From: Octopus sinensis
Lineage: Eukaryota
DNA: 64,000 bases
Direction: 5' to 3'
Assembly (NCBI RefSeq): GCF_006345805.1
Contig: NC_043014.1
Coordinates: forward strand, 48,298,001 to 48,362,000
Every line of letters starts with the position of its first letter. Within the stretch, counting starts at the first letter, position 1. A program made the position numbers and the translations under genes. Of the stretch, positions 22,685-35,584 are shown in pieces. The notes beneath the pieces were generated by a model. That model was not told where the DNA came from. It did not search any database and saw only the letters and a program-made list of their open reading frames with translations.

Positions 22685-23852
22685 GTATAACCTACACATT
22701 TGTCCCATTCCCGACTTCGTTTCCTCATAATTTCCAGAAAAATTGATGATATTTCTTAATGATTTCTTAATGAAAGTTTCTACAAATACGCTTCAGATGG
22801 TGTAAATTCTGATTGTATCGGAATTTGTGGTTAAAAGAAAAAAAAAGTTGGTGGTCTTTTACGTATACATACTACTGACACATGTCATATATCTACAAAA
22901 TAAAACTTGAAATTTCGAAAAAAAATTGTGATGTTTTTCAGTATGTATGTGAGCATACACATATACATATTGACACACATCTCAATTTCTTTTTTTTTTT
23001 TCAAAATTTCAAGCTCCATTTTGGATATATAGTTGACGTGTATCAGTAGGTACATAGTGTCCCAAAAGTCACTGATGGGTTTCAAGTTTTAATAACTTCC
23101 TTAACTTTACAAATAAATGCGTGAAATTTTGATACAATATAAAGGACATAATGGAAATTAATATGCACAAGTCAAATTTTGCAACACCACTACATCACAT
23201 GTGAAAAATGATATCACTTAAATGCCAGCCATTTTCAGCTTCGCATGCCCGTGCTCTTTCCAAAACTTGCACCATAACACCCTCGAGAGTTTCAGACCCT
23301 ACTTCACTGATTTCTCTGTTGATGTTCTTCTTCGGTTGCACCAGGGTCTCTGGTCTATGGAGGTACCTGAAAGAGAGGTCTTATGTCAACAAACCGGAGG
23401 CCCGGGTGCAACTGAAGGAGAACATCAATAGAGAAATCAGAGAAGTGGGGTTTAAAACTCTTGAGGGTGTTATGGTGCAAGATTTGGAAAGAGCATGGGC
23501 GTGCGAAGCTGAAAATGGCTGCTATTTAAGCGATGTCATTTTTCATATGTGGTGTAATGGTGTTGAAAAATTTGACTTGTGCATAATAATTTCCATTATG
23601 TCCTTTATATTGTATCAAAATTTCATGCATTTATTTGTAAAGTTAAGGAAATTGTTAAAAACTGAAACCCATCAGTGACTTTTGGAACACCCTGTGCATA
23701 AGCCCGCTAATTTTTCTTTTTTACAACAAATTCCGATACAGTCACACTCTACACAATCTGAAGCGTATTTGTAGAAAATTTCATTAAGAAATATCAATTT
23801 TTATGGAAGTTATGAGGCAACAAAGTCGGTGGGACACATGTGTAGGTATGCC
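22685..23852. mobile_element. MITE with ~150-bp inverted arms hosting a mariner fold-back
   Basis: 22685-22840 (ACCTACACATTTGTCCC...CTACAAATACGCTTCAGAT...TCGGAATTTG) is inverted at 23715-23852; related pieces at 31806-32030. Confidence 0.75.
23053..23694. mobile_element. Palindromic Tc1/mariner derivative built from two transposase 3' ends
   Basis: TA|CATAGTGTCCCAAAAGTCACTGATGGG...CCCATCAGTGACTTTTGGAACACCCTG|TG; remnant LWRYLKERSYVNKP...LKENINREI...CEAENGCYLSDVIFH, with its distal part mirrored on the other strand. Confidence 0.85.
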
Positions 23853-24680
23853 GTTTCTTAGTATACAGTACCCTCACAACTAACAACTGATGCAAGTAGT
23901 TTATTCCATACTTTGAAAATTCTGAATATGAGACACTGCTTCCAAAAGTAATTAGTGCCGCGCTTGTTTTTTAAAAAAAGAATTTTTTAAAAATTTATAA
24001 GCTTATCCACGATTGGTAGAGGCATTGAATTGAAAAGATGGTCAAAGTTGTTGCAAAGATGGCGGATAATTTTGCGGGCAGACGTTCAAGATATATTGAA
24101 TGACCGGAAAAGGATATTCAATTGGTTACACGTTTTCGGAGAGCTTCTAATAGATTGCGGTTTTCGGACTGAAAATACAAACTACGCGTGGACGTACCTC
24201 AGTCACATATAACCTTTAAATAGATAGCTGGTAAGCAGCAGACAAAAGTCTTACTGAGTAATGTTAAGACACCTTCAGCCTTTTTGACGATTTGAGAAAT
24301 GCTGTTCATCCAACACAGGCCATTGTAAACAATAATGCCTTGGTTACACTCACCAGCTGACTTTCTAAGGTTGGTGTAGCGGAGGGAGTCGGTAAATTCC
24401 GGGACTTTCCTCCTAAAATGTTTGATGGTGCACTTGTCTACTGCTAGCATCAGTGGCCAATCAACAATCCATTGCGGTATTGTATCCAGGTCAGATTACA
24501 AAAAAGATTTGGTATTCGTTCTTTTAACCTCAAAGTAGAGCTTATTGTCGTCTGAGCATTTTAACACGGTAACATGCTTGGCATCTAATTCATTAATGTG
24601 TGCACCAAATAACGAGGAACCAAAAAAGCTGCTTGCTGTGGGACTCCAGTGAATTGACAGGTGATATGCGGTTATCAATA

Positions 24681-25133
24681 TCTATAAAGCTGAAATGCGA
24701 AAAAGTTGTTTGATTTCTTGGCTATTTGTCTCATTTTGGGATAGCAGATGGGGTCGGATTGGCGCCAAAATTGACACTGGGGAGGTAAAATGGGGTGGGC
24801 AATGGTGTGAGGAGGGTTGCAAGTCGCTCGGGGCTACTGTTTGGTTGCCATGGTGAGGAATATGGGAAAAATTAAGTTTTATGGGATAGACAGGTTGCGC
24901 TGTTTGAATAATGGTGGCTTTTCGCGTTGCTGCAAGGGCTACAGGCGGTTATCTTTAATTGTGGGTGTAAAAATTTGGGGGATTTTGGAAAGGGTGGGGG
25001 TGGGGGTAAAGAAGAGGGCAATAAAAAGAACCAGGCAAAGAAGACGAACAAAAGAAGAAAGGGAAAAGGAGACAACACACACAAAAGAACACCGACACCA
25101 AAACCCGAGCGAAGCACGGGTCAAAATAGCTAG
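24681..25133 (+). mobile_element. Non-autonomous Helitron
   Basis: A|TCTATAAAGC ... ACCCG-AGCGAAGCA-CGGGT hairpin, then CTAG|T. Confidence 0.85.
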
Positions 25134-25646
25134 TCTTTTTTGTATAAAGGAATGAATAACGCTGGCGACTTTACACTGTTCTGCGGTAACGCAGTTATTA
25201 GGGCATAGTTGAAAAAATGGCGAAAGCTGATGCAATTGTAAGAGGCCGTCGCATTCGAGCAGATAAGCAATACAATCAAGACCCAAGGATGCATAGTTAT
25301 GCATATTCTTGAAGAGGCATTGAAGCATTGCCGGATTAAATTCGACAGATGTTATAGAATATGACGTCAGCAGCGAGAAGACGGTACATTTGGATTTTCA
25401 ATAACAAAAATGCCAGCATAGCATTCGGCATTAAGCTCCACGCACTGTTTGGGATCATCGGTAATCTGAGTGGTGTGGGATTGCGAACAGTACCGATTGG
25501 TTAGCGAAGGTTTCTGTTTCAAATTCACATATTTCCAGAACACTTTACTATCGGGGTTGATCGCTATGTGCTGTTTAACTTCAAGGACAGCTTTTTATCC
25601 ACCTACTAAATATGATTGGTTGCTCTGATCGCCTTCTATTGTCTCT

Positions 25647-25858
25647 TTTACTCTTTTACTTGTTTCAGTCATCTGGCTGCGGCCATGCTGGAGCACCGCC
25701 TTTAGTCGAGCAAATCGACCCCAGGACTTATTCTTTGTAAGAGTAGTACTTATTCTATCGGTCTCTTTCGCCAAACTGCTAATTTAGGGGGACCTAAACA
25801 CACCGCCATCGATTGTCAAGCGATGTTGGGGAGACAAACACAGACAAACACGCACACA

Positions 25859-25905
<47 letters not shown>

Positions 25906-26071
25906 CATATATACGACGGGCTTCTTTCAGTTTCCGTCTACCAAATCCACTCACAAGGCCTTGGTCGGCCCGAAGCTATAGTAGGAGACACTTGCCCAAG
26001 GTGCCACACAGTGGGAATGAACCCGAAATCATGTGGTTGGTAAGCAAGCTACTTACCACACAGCCACTCCT
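25647..26071 (-). mobile_element. SINE A
   Basis: Full-length match to the other copies, internal (CA)/(TA) tract. Confidence 0.9.
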
Positions 26072-26281
26072 AAACCTAAATTATATGTAATTTGCATTTA
26101 TGTTCAGCAGTTTTTCGCTCTTTTTTGGCAGAGTGATCTGCTGCAGTCTCCCAAATTGCGCTTTTGGTATTTCTAACATATATCTAATGCGTTTTCATGG
26201 TACTGATGCTTCTCATGCAGCTCAGACTGAATCGAAGATGTGCCAATGGTTAGCATTAACATCTCCGGATATGTAAATACT

Positions 26282-26670
26282 GTGTGGAAGCACTCCGTCG
26301 GTTACGACGACGAGGGTCCCGGTTGATCCGAATCAACGGAACTGCCTGCTCGTGAAATTAACGTGCAAGTGGCTGAGCACTCCACAGACACGTGTACCCT
26401 TAACGTAGTTCTCGGGGATATTCAGCGTGACACAAAGAGTGACAAGGCCGGCCCTTTGAAATACAGGTACAACAGAAACAGGAAGTAAGAGTGAGAGAAA
26501 GTTGTGGTGAAAGAGTACAGCAGGGATCACCACCATCCCCTGCCGGAGCCTTGTGGAGCTTTTTGGTGTTTTCGCTCAATAAACACTCACAACGCCCGGT
26601 CTGGGAATCGAAACCGCGATCCTATGACTGCGAGTCCGCTGCTCTAACCACTGGGCCATTGCGCCTCCAC
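26282..26670 (-). mobile_element. SINE C with 11-bp TSD
   Basis: TSD ATGTAAATACT at 26271-26281 and 26671-26681; intact tRNA-like A and B boxes. Confidence 0.9.
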
Positions 26671-26915
26671 ATGTAAATACTAGCCAAATTAAGTAAGCGC
26701 TCTAGTCAGCTTTGTTCCAGTCAAAACAAGCTGTTCAATGGTGGATTTTCTCTCTGCCTACAAATAACAGATTAGCAATGATCATAGCATGATCGGAGTC
26801 AAGCAAAGGCTCCTCTGTAGTGAGGCTGATAACAGTGTTAGGAACCATAGTGAATAGCAGATCCAACGTGTTGTTACTTCTTGTTGGTGAAGAGACTACC
26901 TGGGATTAGTTTGAA

Positions 26916-27287
26916 CTAGCAGTATCGCCCGGTGTTGCTCGGGTTTGTAAGGGAAATAACTATAAAGCATTTTTAGAGAGTTATAGCCAAAAAATGGGGA
27001 AAAAATGATGGTAAATTTTTTTTTTAGTTAAAAAGGTTGAGTTGCGTCCCCTAGACAGTCTGTGGTTTGTGTTTCTGATTCTCGACCCCATGTCGAATTT
27101 ATCGATTTTTTTCAGAAGTGGGGGAACTTTTCAAAATTTTCGCTGCGTTAGTTTTGAATTATGACATTGGGCTATGTGTGTGTCAAGTTTCATCAGAATC
27201 GGTTGAAAGCCGTGGTCAGGGTGAGGGTACAAGCTAACAGACACACAGAAACACACACAGACAAACTGCCGTTTATATAGAGAGAGA
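26916..27287 (-). mobile_element. Non-autonomous Helitron
   Basis: Reverse complement of 44238-44613; TC start, CCCGAGCAACACCGGG hairpin, CTAG end, A|T site. Confidence 0.88.
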
Positions 27288-27630
27288 TTTAACACTAAAT
27301 CAAGGAAATTATTTGCACTTTGTAGCCAGTGAAAGGTTTTCCAATCAATTTATGAGTAACAAAAATCACCAGTAATGGAAAGTTAGGAGCCTGTTTTTAC
27401 CTAGATGCAGCTCTGAGAATGGAAAAATAAAAAACGGTGTTGTCTTGATGGTAATTTAGTGGATGGTAAACAACGCTAAGTAAGTGTTGACGTGCTTATA
27501 CGAATGTTGCAGTAAAAATACCTCTTGCTGAGACTGATTCAAATCATCAAAATAAATTACTCAAAAACTGGAGTGAAAGCCCATCACACCAACCCCTCAG
27601 TGATTAAGGAGGTCTTCGTGAAAGAAATTG

Positions 27631-28042
27631 GGATCTTTTCGGTTTGAACGGCAGTTTTTTCTAGCGGTGTCATATGAAATTGTCACCCATAATTATGACC
27701 CTAGTATCGATCTATTGCATTTCAATCTGTTTTAGGGTTAGGGGTGGGGGGAAGGGTATCTTTTTTTCTTCACAAATGAAAATAAACCCAATGTGTTTCT
27801 TAAACGAGGGACATATTCATACGGCACAGAATGCTTTTTACCTCAATAGACGTCACTGATTGGTTGAAATTGCAAAAATTGAAGAAAAAACAACAAATAT
27901 CTTACAAACCATAGAATTTTCTCAATAAAGCCAAGAGAAAAAGATGTTGGATCTTAAACACATTCTACCAGTATACGAAGTTTAACATTTTTTAGTTACA
28001 TAGAAATTATGTTAAAAACTGCCGTTCAAACCGAAAAGATCC
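27631..28042. mobile_element. GG-terminated MITE with 8-bp TSD (Merlin-like)
   Basis: Perfect ~29-bp TIR GGATCTTTTCGGTTTGAACGGCAGTTTTT; TSD AGAAATTG at 27623-27630 and 28043-28050. Confidence 0.9.
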
Positions 28043-28789
28043 AGAAATTGTAGCCAGCTACGCTAAAATACCATCGCAGAGTAAAAAATGAGAAAATGAG
28101 CCCATGTTTCCGTGACTGTAATGAATTTGAGATCTGAACTTTTAATGTAAGAATCAAAATGGTGGCCCTTGTTGCATAAACTTTGGAATTTTAAAACAAT
28201 AATTTATATGTAATTTCTATCTTAATTTAAGTCTATCATGATTCATAAGGGATGGCGTATTGTTTTTATTTAATTTCTTTTGGATTTTTCATTGTTGTGT
28301 CTTGCTGTGTCCATTGTTGGTTGGATATTCTCAGACCAGTTTGCCTTCCTTTCCCATGTGTCACCAGACTTGACAAATTTCCATATATGTCCATCATTGC
28401 GTAAAGCAAAAGCTCTGATGTCTTGCTGAGTCATGATTCAAGGAAGGCTATACAATGAAGTCATAGCTTCGGGCATATATCGGGTGGGTAATCCACAGGA
28501 CCAGTTTGATGAGCAATTCGATTTTCTCGCCAGGCTTTATTAGAGATTAATAAGAATGCGAATGCCTCGGCAGAACTGGAGAAGGTTAATCCAACTGTTA
28601 ATCTAACTGGTCTGGGTCTGGATGTGAAGAGGAGAACTTTGGAAGAACACGGCAGAAATCTTTGGACATGTCAGCAAATGTTTGCAGATCAATGATTTAC
28701 TTGAATATACCAATAGCCGTTATTACATCATGCCAGGCAGATCTCACTGGGTTTTTTTTCAATGCGTCTGGATACCTCCACCCCGCCAT

Positions 28790-29241
28790 ACACACACTTT
28801 CTCTCTCCTTCCCTCTCTCTTTCTCTGTCGCAAACATGCATATGCATATGTGTGTGTGTTGTGTGTGTGTGTGTGTATGTACGTATGTGTTTATATATAC
28901 GTGTGTGAATTTGATAGTGTGTGGGTGTATGTTTGTGTCTGGTATTGTCCGTCCGTCTGTTTCACAGAGAGAGAAAGAGAGAGAGAGAGAGAGAAAGAGA
29001 AAAGGAGAGAGATGTATGTGTATGCGTGTGTGAGCGTATGTATGTATGTGTGTACGTATGCATGCATGTATCTATGCATGCGTGCATGCATGCATGTATG
29101 TATATATGTGTGTGTGCATCTGTAGGTCTGAATATTTACCTGTCTCAGCATCTGTGTATATATATATATATATATGTGCTAGTGTTTGTGATTTTCTGCC
29201 TGTCTATCTGTCTGTCTCCAGATGTGTGTATGTCTCTGTGT

Positions 29242-29284
<43 letters not shown>

Positions 29285-29908
29285 TGTTTGTATGTGTATG
29301 TTTGTGTGTGTTTGTGTGTGTGTGTGTACGCGTAGTGGTGGCGGGGTATTTACAGGAACTGTTTGGTTGTTAATTATAATTTGGAATACAGAAATAGATT
29401 TCACCCAGGAAAATTAGTTTAAATTACGTCGCTTTTGATGAGAATCAATAAATGCTGTTAAAAACGATGTCGTCGTCGTTGTTGTTGTTGTTGTTGTTGT
29501 TGTTAAGAATTCATTGCGTCGAGATGTTTGTCCATATTTCTAAGGGTGACTGGTGAAACATTTTCACGTGTGTGTGTGTGTGTGTGTGTATAGTTGTACG
29601 GCTTCCAGTGTGTGTGTGTGTGAGTGTGTGTATACAAACATGTATATATGTATCTTCGGGTACATGTATAAGTGTATGTAGGTGTATATATGTGTATGCA
29701 TGTATGTGCACATAAGTGCATACATGCATGCTTGTATACATGTATGCATACACGCAGACACACACATAAATAAATATATATATATATAATGTATGTATGT
29801 ATATATATGTATGTATGTGTGTGTATATATATATATATATATATAATGTATGTATGTATGTATGTGTATATACTTACACACACATATATATGTGTGTGTG
29901 TATGTATG

Positions 29909-29990
<82 letters not shown>

Positions 29991-30155
29991 GTGTGTGTTT
30001 GTATGTATATATATATATATATATACATGCATACTTGTTCATGCACACATATTGTATGTATAAACATAGACACACACACAGATATATGTGTGTGTGTATA
30101 TATATATATATATGCATTCATACATACACACACATATACACAATCACACATATTC
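28790..30155. repeat. Compound (GT)/(TA)/(GA)/(ATGT) microsatellite region
   Basis: Directly visible dinucleotide and tetranucleotide runs. Confidence 0.95.
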
Positions 30156-30371
30156 ACAGAGCTGCCAAGAGTGGCAGTAGGCCCCAGAGATGAATTGAAG
30201 AGCAAGGCCCCCAAGGGACAAAATCTAACCTTCAATCCCTGGACTTTTTAGCAGGGATTCAATAGACGTTCTGTGAAATTTTCCATTTCGTAAAGGACTT
30301 CGGCAATCGATAGAAACGAAACAAGCAAAAAGAAAAACGGAATTATCTGTTGGAGTCATTAACTAATATAC

Positions 30372-30780
30372 TCTTTTTTTACTCTTTTACTTGTTTCAGT
30401 CATTTGACTGCGGCCATGCTGGAGCACCGCCTTTAATCGAGCAACTCGACCCCGGCACTTATTCTTTGTAAGCCCAGTACTTATTCTATCGGTCTGTTTT
30501 GCCGAACCGCTAAGTAACGGGGACATAAACACACCAACATCGGTTGTCAAGCAATGCTAGGGGGACAAACACAGACACACAAACACACACACGCATATAT
30601 ATACATATACATATATACGACGGGCTTCTTTCAGTTTCCGTCCACCAAATCCACTCACAAGGCTTTGGTCGGCCCGAGGCTATAGTAGAAGACACTTACC
30701 CAAGATGCCACGCAGTGGGACTGAACCCGGAACCATGAGGTTGGTAGACAAGCTACTTACCACACAGCCACTCCTGCACC
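30372..30780 (-). mobile_element. SINE A with TSD
   Basis: Full length; CTAATATA on both flanks. Confidence 0.9.
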
Positions 30781-31339
30781 TAATATATTGATTTTAAATT
30801 TTAGCACAAGGCCAGCAGTTTCAGGGGAGGAAGGGCTGGTACTTATTTTATCGGCCCTGAAAGGATGAAAGGCAAAGTCGGCCGCAGTGGAATTTAAATT
30901 CAGAACATGGAGACAGACGAATTCATTGACTAATTTATTGGAAGTTGAAATATATTGTTGTCAAGAATTTGAAGAGAACAATTAGTGCTGGATTAACCAT
31001 TCAATAAAATAAGCACGTGCTTGGGTCATCAAGGAAAGGTGGTGATGGTGGTGGTGGGGTTACAACAGAAATGGTGAATGGTTTACGGTACAAAAGAAAT
31101 CACTTTAAACTTGCTAAAATGATGACGGGAAATATAATTTCAAAGTGTTCATGGTGTCACAGTGAGGAGTTCGCAATTAAAAAAAAAAGAGAGAGAGAGA
31201 GAAAAAAAACTCTTTCAAAAATGAATAAAGTGGAAGTATACAAAAATAAATATTATTTTCTATCTTTCTTTTACTTTTATTTCATTTTGGAAATTAAAAA
31301 TTTATTTTATGGTTTATTGTTGTTTATATTTTGAATTAC

Positions 31340-31805
31340 ACTGGCAGAATGTGTCATATAAAACATCTTTTACTCTTAGCATTCTTGAGAAAAACTTATA
31401 TTTACGAAGTAATTTCACGTTAAAGTAGTCCTATTTCGGTAATTTCATCCAATCAATGACGTGTATTCATCTGAACAAAATTACTGCCGTTGTTTGTCAA
31501 CAACTATCGGCGGTGTATTTTTCATTTGTTACATTTATGGCATCGTTCATGCGTTTGTACTGGTTTTAGCTTTAAGGTTTCGGTGTTAGGGTAATTTTAT
31601 TCAGCTGAATACACGTCATTGATTGGTTGAAATTACCGAAATAGACCTACTTTAACGTGAAATTACTTCGTAAATATAAGTTTTTCTCAAGAATGCTAAG
31701 AGAAAAAGATGTTTTTTGTGACACATTCTGCCAATGTCCGAAATTTGAAAGTGTTTAGTTACAAAAAATTATTTTTTAAATCTGTCGGTCAAAAGGTAAA
31801 GATCC
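31340..31805. mobile_element. Partial GG-ended MITE (same family as 13460 and 27631)
   Basis: Internal palindrome and right TIR ...GTCAAAAGGTAAAGATCC; a left-end fragment starts at 33220 and an internal fragment lies at 43100-43345. Confidence 0.75.
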
Positions 31806-32640
31806 GAAGTTTCCTACAAATACATTTCATATGGTGTTGATTCTGGTTATATCGGAATTTGTGAAAAATGTTTTCTGGTAGAGAAGAGGAGTTTAGGATA
31901 ATTTCCACGAGCTAATTTTGTTACCTCGTAACTTTGAACAAGTGGGTATTTTTTAATGAAATTTTCTACAAATGTCTTTCAGATGTAGATAACAATTATA
32001 TCGGAATTTAATATCAAAAAATGAAATCGGTGGACTGACTAACACACATCGCACAATCTTTTTTGCAAAATTTCTTGTTTCGTTTTATCCTTTATCTCTT
32101 ATCTTTCACTTGTTTCAGTCATTAGACTGCGGCCTAATCGAATGAATCGACCTAAATACTGATTTTTTTTTGTTTTAAGCGTGATATTTATTCTATCGAC
32201 CCCTTTTGCCGAACCGGTGAGTTATGGGGACGTAAACACACCAACCACCAGTTGTCAAGTTAGGTTCAAGTACTTCCAGGATTTTCCAGATGTATATCAC
32301 TGCATAGTCTTAACTTTTCCCGTATACATACATACATACATACATACATGCATACATACAAAGGAGAAAGGTGAGTCGAAAATTACAGACCTAATCCATC
32401 ACTAGAACTGTAACAATCTGTAAAACTTTCCGGAAGTTTATCATTTAAGTATATATGAGCATCTCATATATAAGACAAGCAGACCTAGATCTGACCGACA
32501 GGACACAGCATTCGTAATTTCATTTGACTGTTACTTACTGTTGCCCTGACTTCCATTCTTGTAATATAGCATCAGAATTTCAGCACTAACACTGACAGCA
32601 CACAGCATTTGTAATTTCATTTCACTATTACTTACTGATA

Positions 32641-33035
32641 TCTTTATATATAAAAGTCAAGTTGTGTGTCTGTCTCCTTCGATTTAGATTCCTAACTACT
32701 TCCACATTTTGCGATGCAGTTTAACCAAAACCGGGTATCTTATAGTCGTGATTCATATCGAGCCCTTCTGGGTATTAGCGCGCGTCTACGATGAGTCTAC
32801 GATTTAAAAAAAAATTTACCATCATTTTTTTTCATTTTAATGCATTTTTCGCTATTATATAAGGGAAGTAACTCTCTAAAAATGTCTACGATGAGTCAAC
32901 GATTAAAAAAAAATTTACCATAATTTTTTTTCCATTTTAATGCATTTTTTTGCTATTTTTTGGCTATAACTCTCTAAAAATGCTTATATAGTTATTTTCC
33001 TTACAAACCCGAGCAACGCCGGGCGATACTGCTAG
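32641..33035 (+). mobile_element. Non-autonomous Helitron with internal ~100-bp tandem duplication
   Basis: A|TCTTTATATATAAAAG ... CCCGAGCAACGCCGGG CGATACTG CTAG|T. Confidence 0.85.
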
Positions 33036-33644
33036 TTCCTAATAAAAAAAAATGTCTACTAAAACAAGACCGTCAAAAAAACCAACACCAACACACGCAC
33101 GACGTGCAATGCCTTTTCTATATCTCCTGTTATGCTATTGCCTAATTTGTCTCAGCAAAAATTATGTAATGGTACAACACTAATTGTGCAGTGAGACAGC
33201 ATTTGTAATTTCATTTCACGGATCTTTACCTTTTGACCGACAGATTTCAAAAACAAATTTTTTGTAACTAAACACTTTCAAACTTCGGACACTGTCAAAT
33301 AAAATATCTTTTACTCTTAGCGTTTTTGAGAAAAGCCTATATTTTGGAAGATATTTCACGTTAAAGTTGTCGTATTTCGGTAATTTCAACCAATCAATGG
33401 CGTGCACTGCAGTAAACAACTTAGTTTATGTACTATTGTATTATTTGTTATCACGTTCTTACAGCGCTTAGCTTTACGGTGCACGATCAGATCTCAAAAC
33501 CTGTTGACTTAAGGCCTCTCTGAAACCAAAGGTAATCCCATAAACCGGCCTATGCTAACTTTTATATTATATACTGCTCTATAACTTAGTAGAGTGGGTC
33601 TACCATCCGAAATGTATAGTAATTAAATGCCCATCACGGCTGGT

Positions 33645-33727
33645 TTTACCAATCGGTTTCGCATAAAGAATACAATGGAGTGTTAGGTTACAAACCGATC
33701 ATATAACTTTACGCTCATCAGAGTTAG
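33645..33727 (-). ncRNA. Hammerhead-ribozyme-like motif (Penelope type), stem I decayed
   Basis: CUGAUGA, stem II GCGUAAAG/CUUUAUGC, GAAA, stem III ACC-GAUU-GGU, GUA triplet. Confidence 0.55.
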
Positions 33728-33902
33728 TTGATATGGAAGGGAACGTAGCGACAGCTCTATATTGTCGGAGGTGAATTAGCACAACCGGTCAACGGTTGCT
33801 GTGAAAAAGTGTGTGTGTATGTTGTATCTTGGGAGAGTCATTCTGTTTTAATGCCTTATTAATTAACACACTCACTGGTTCAATTTCCTCTCATTTACTC
33901 TC

Positions 33903-34288
33903 TCTTTTACTCTTTTCAGTCATTTGACTGCGGCCATGCTGGAGCACCGCCTTTAATCGAGCAACTCGACCCCGGGACTTATTCTTTTGTAAGCCCAGTA
34001 CTTATTCTATCGGTCTCTTTTGCCGAACCGCTAAGTTACGGGGACGTAAACACACCAGCATCGGTTGTCAAGCAATGCTAGGGGGACAGACGCACAAACA
34101 CACACATATACATATATACATACATATATACGACCCGGCTTCTTTCAGTTTCCGTCTACCAAATCCACTCACAAGGCTTTGGTCGGCCCGAGGCTATAGT
34201 AGAAGACACTTGCCCAAGGTGCAACGCAGTGGGATTGAACCCAGAACCATGTGGTTGGTTAGCAAGCTACTTACCACACAGCCACTCT
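33903..34288 (-). mobile_element. SINE A
   Basis: Full-length match to the other copies. Confidence 0.9.
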
Positions 34289-34845
34289 CTCTTATCTTTT
34301 TTCTTTTTCTTAAATTTTCGTTGCTTCTTGCAACCTCTTCAATAGTTGTTGGCTCATATATATATACACAAACACACATCTATGAACAGACACACATATG
34401 CTCATACATATATGTATACATGTGTGTGCGTGCGTGCATGTACTTTTGCATATGCTATCCTGGTATCTAGTTCTCTGTTTTAAGTTAATCCGAGCGTTGA
34501 TCTCCGCATGTACGCTCTCTCCACGCATGACCGAGATAAACCAACAACCACCAAGCCTGTATGTTGTATGTGGAGAGGCACTCAATGTACTAGAAATAGC
34601 AGTCAAATCTTGCTTAAAGTCACGTATTCCCGCCTTCGGTTCTGCTTTGACTCTATGCAGGGTGGAAAATGACAACGGGATGGTACGGATGGAGTATATA
34701 TATATATATTTTTTTTTATTATAGATCTGGTTCGTCGGGGCTGAAATGGGGCTAAACTACAACAAACCGACTACGACACTAGCCGTGTTACTTGTTTTAA
34801 ACAATTCTGTTGGGTGTTGTCGATACGGCGTTCAACTACAGTAGT

Positions 34846-35500
34846 CACCACCGCCACCTTCTCCACCATCAACACCATCACCACGAAAGCCATCGCCACC
34901 ACCACCACCACCACGAAAGCCATCGCCACCACCACCACCACCACGATTCCATCGCCACCACAACCACCACGAAAGCCATCGCCACCACCACCAAAGCCAT
35001 CGCCACCACCACCACCACCACGATTCCATCGCCACCACCACCACCACCACGAAAGCCATCGCCACCACCACCACCACCAAAGCCATCGCCACCACCACCA
35101 CCACCACGATTCCATCGCCACCACCACCACCACGAAAGCCATCGCCACCATCACCACCACCACGAAAGCCATCGCCACCACCACCACCACCACGAAAGCC
35201 ATCGCCACCGCCATCACGAAAACGACGCCACCACGACGTACACTACAACCAAACCACCACCTTAGCGATCACTGCCTCCACTGCCTTCGTCAAAGTTACC
35301 ACCACCGCTGTCGTCGTAGCTGGCTGTGACGCCACCACCACCGCTAGGAAAGCCATGCCACCGCCTAAGCCATCACTTCCGTCACTGCCCTTCGCCACCG
35401 TCATCATGAGCATAGCCGCCGCCGCCCTCACCGCCGCCACCACCGTCCTCACCACCACCACCACCGCAGCGACCTCCACAACCGCCGCCGCCGCCACCCT
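34846..35500. repeat. (CCA)n-derived minisatellite, unit ~ACGAAAGCCATCG(CCA)n / ACGATTCCATCG(CCA)n
   Basis: About a dozen variant units visible; produces low-complexity ORFs in all frames. Confidence 0.9.
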
Positions 35501-35584
35501 ATTCGCTATTGTACACAAACAAGTGTATTGATGTGACTATAGTCCATAGTCATCGCTGTATGACAAGAGATTGTGACATTAATT

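Larger units (their letters stand above)
23950..27620 (-). pseudogene. Heavily decayed CR1/L2-type LINE (endonuclease + RT) interrupted by four younger insertions
   Basis: GSSLFGAHINEL...CSDDNKLY (RT), GIIVYNGLCW...IVKKAEGVL (thumb), SPTRSNNTLDLLFT...SDH (APE endonuclease, ~26790-26910). Confidence 0.7.

Noticed and set aside
26590-26670. Apparent tRNA gene (similar heads at 7270-7335, 41872-41945 and 43780-43850)
   Set aside because: tRNA-derived SINE heads followed by SINE bodies, most with TSDs; no complete cloverleaf
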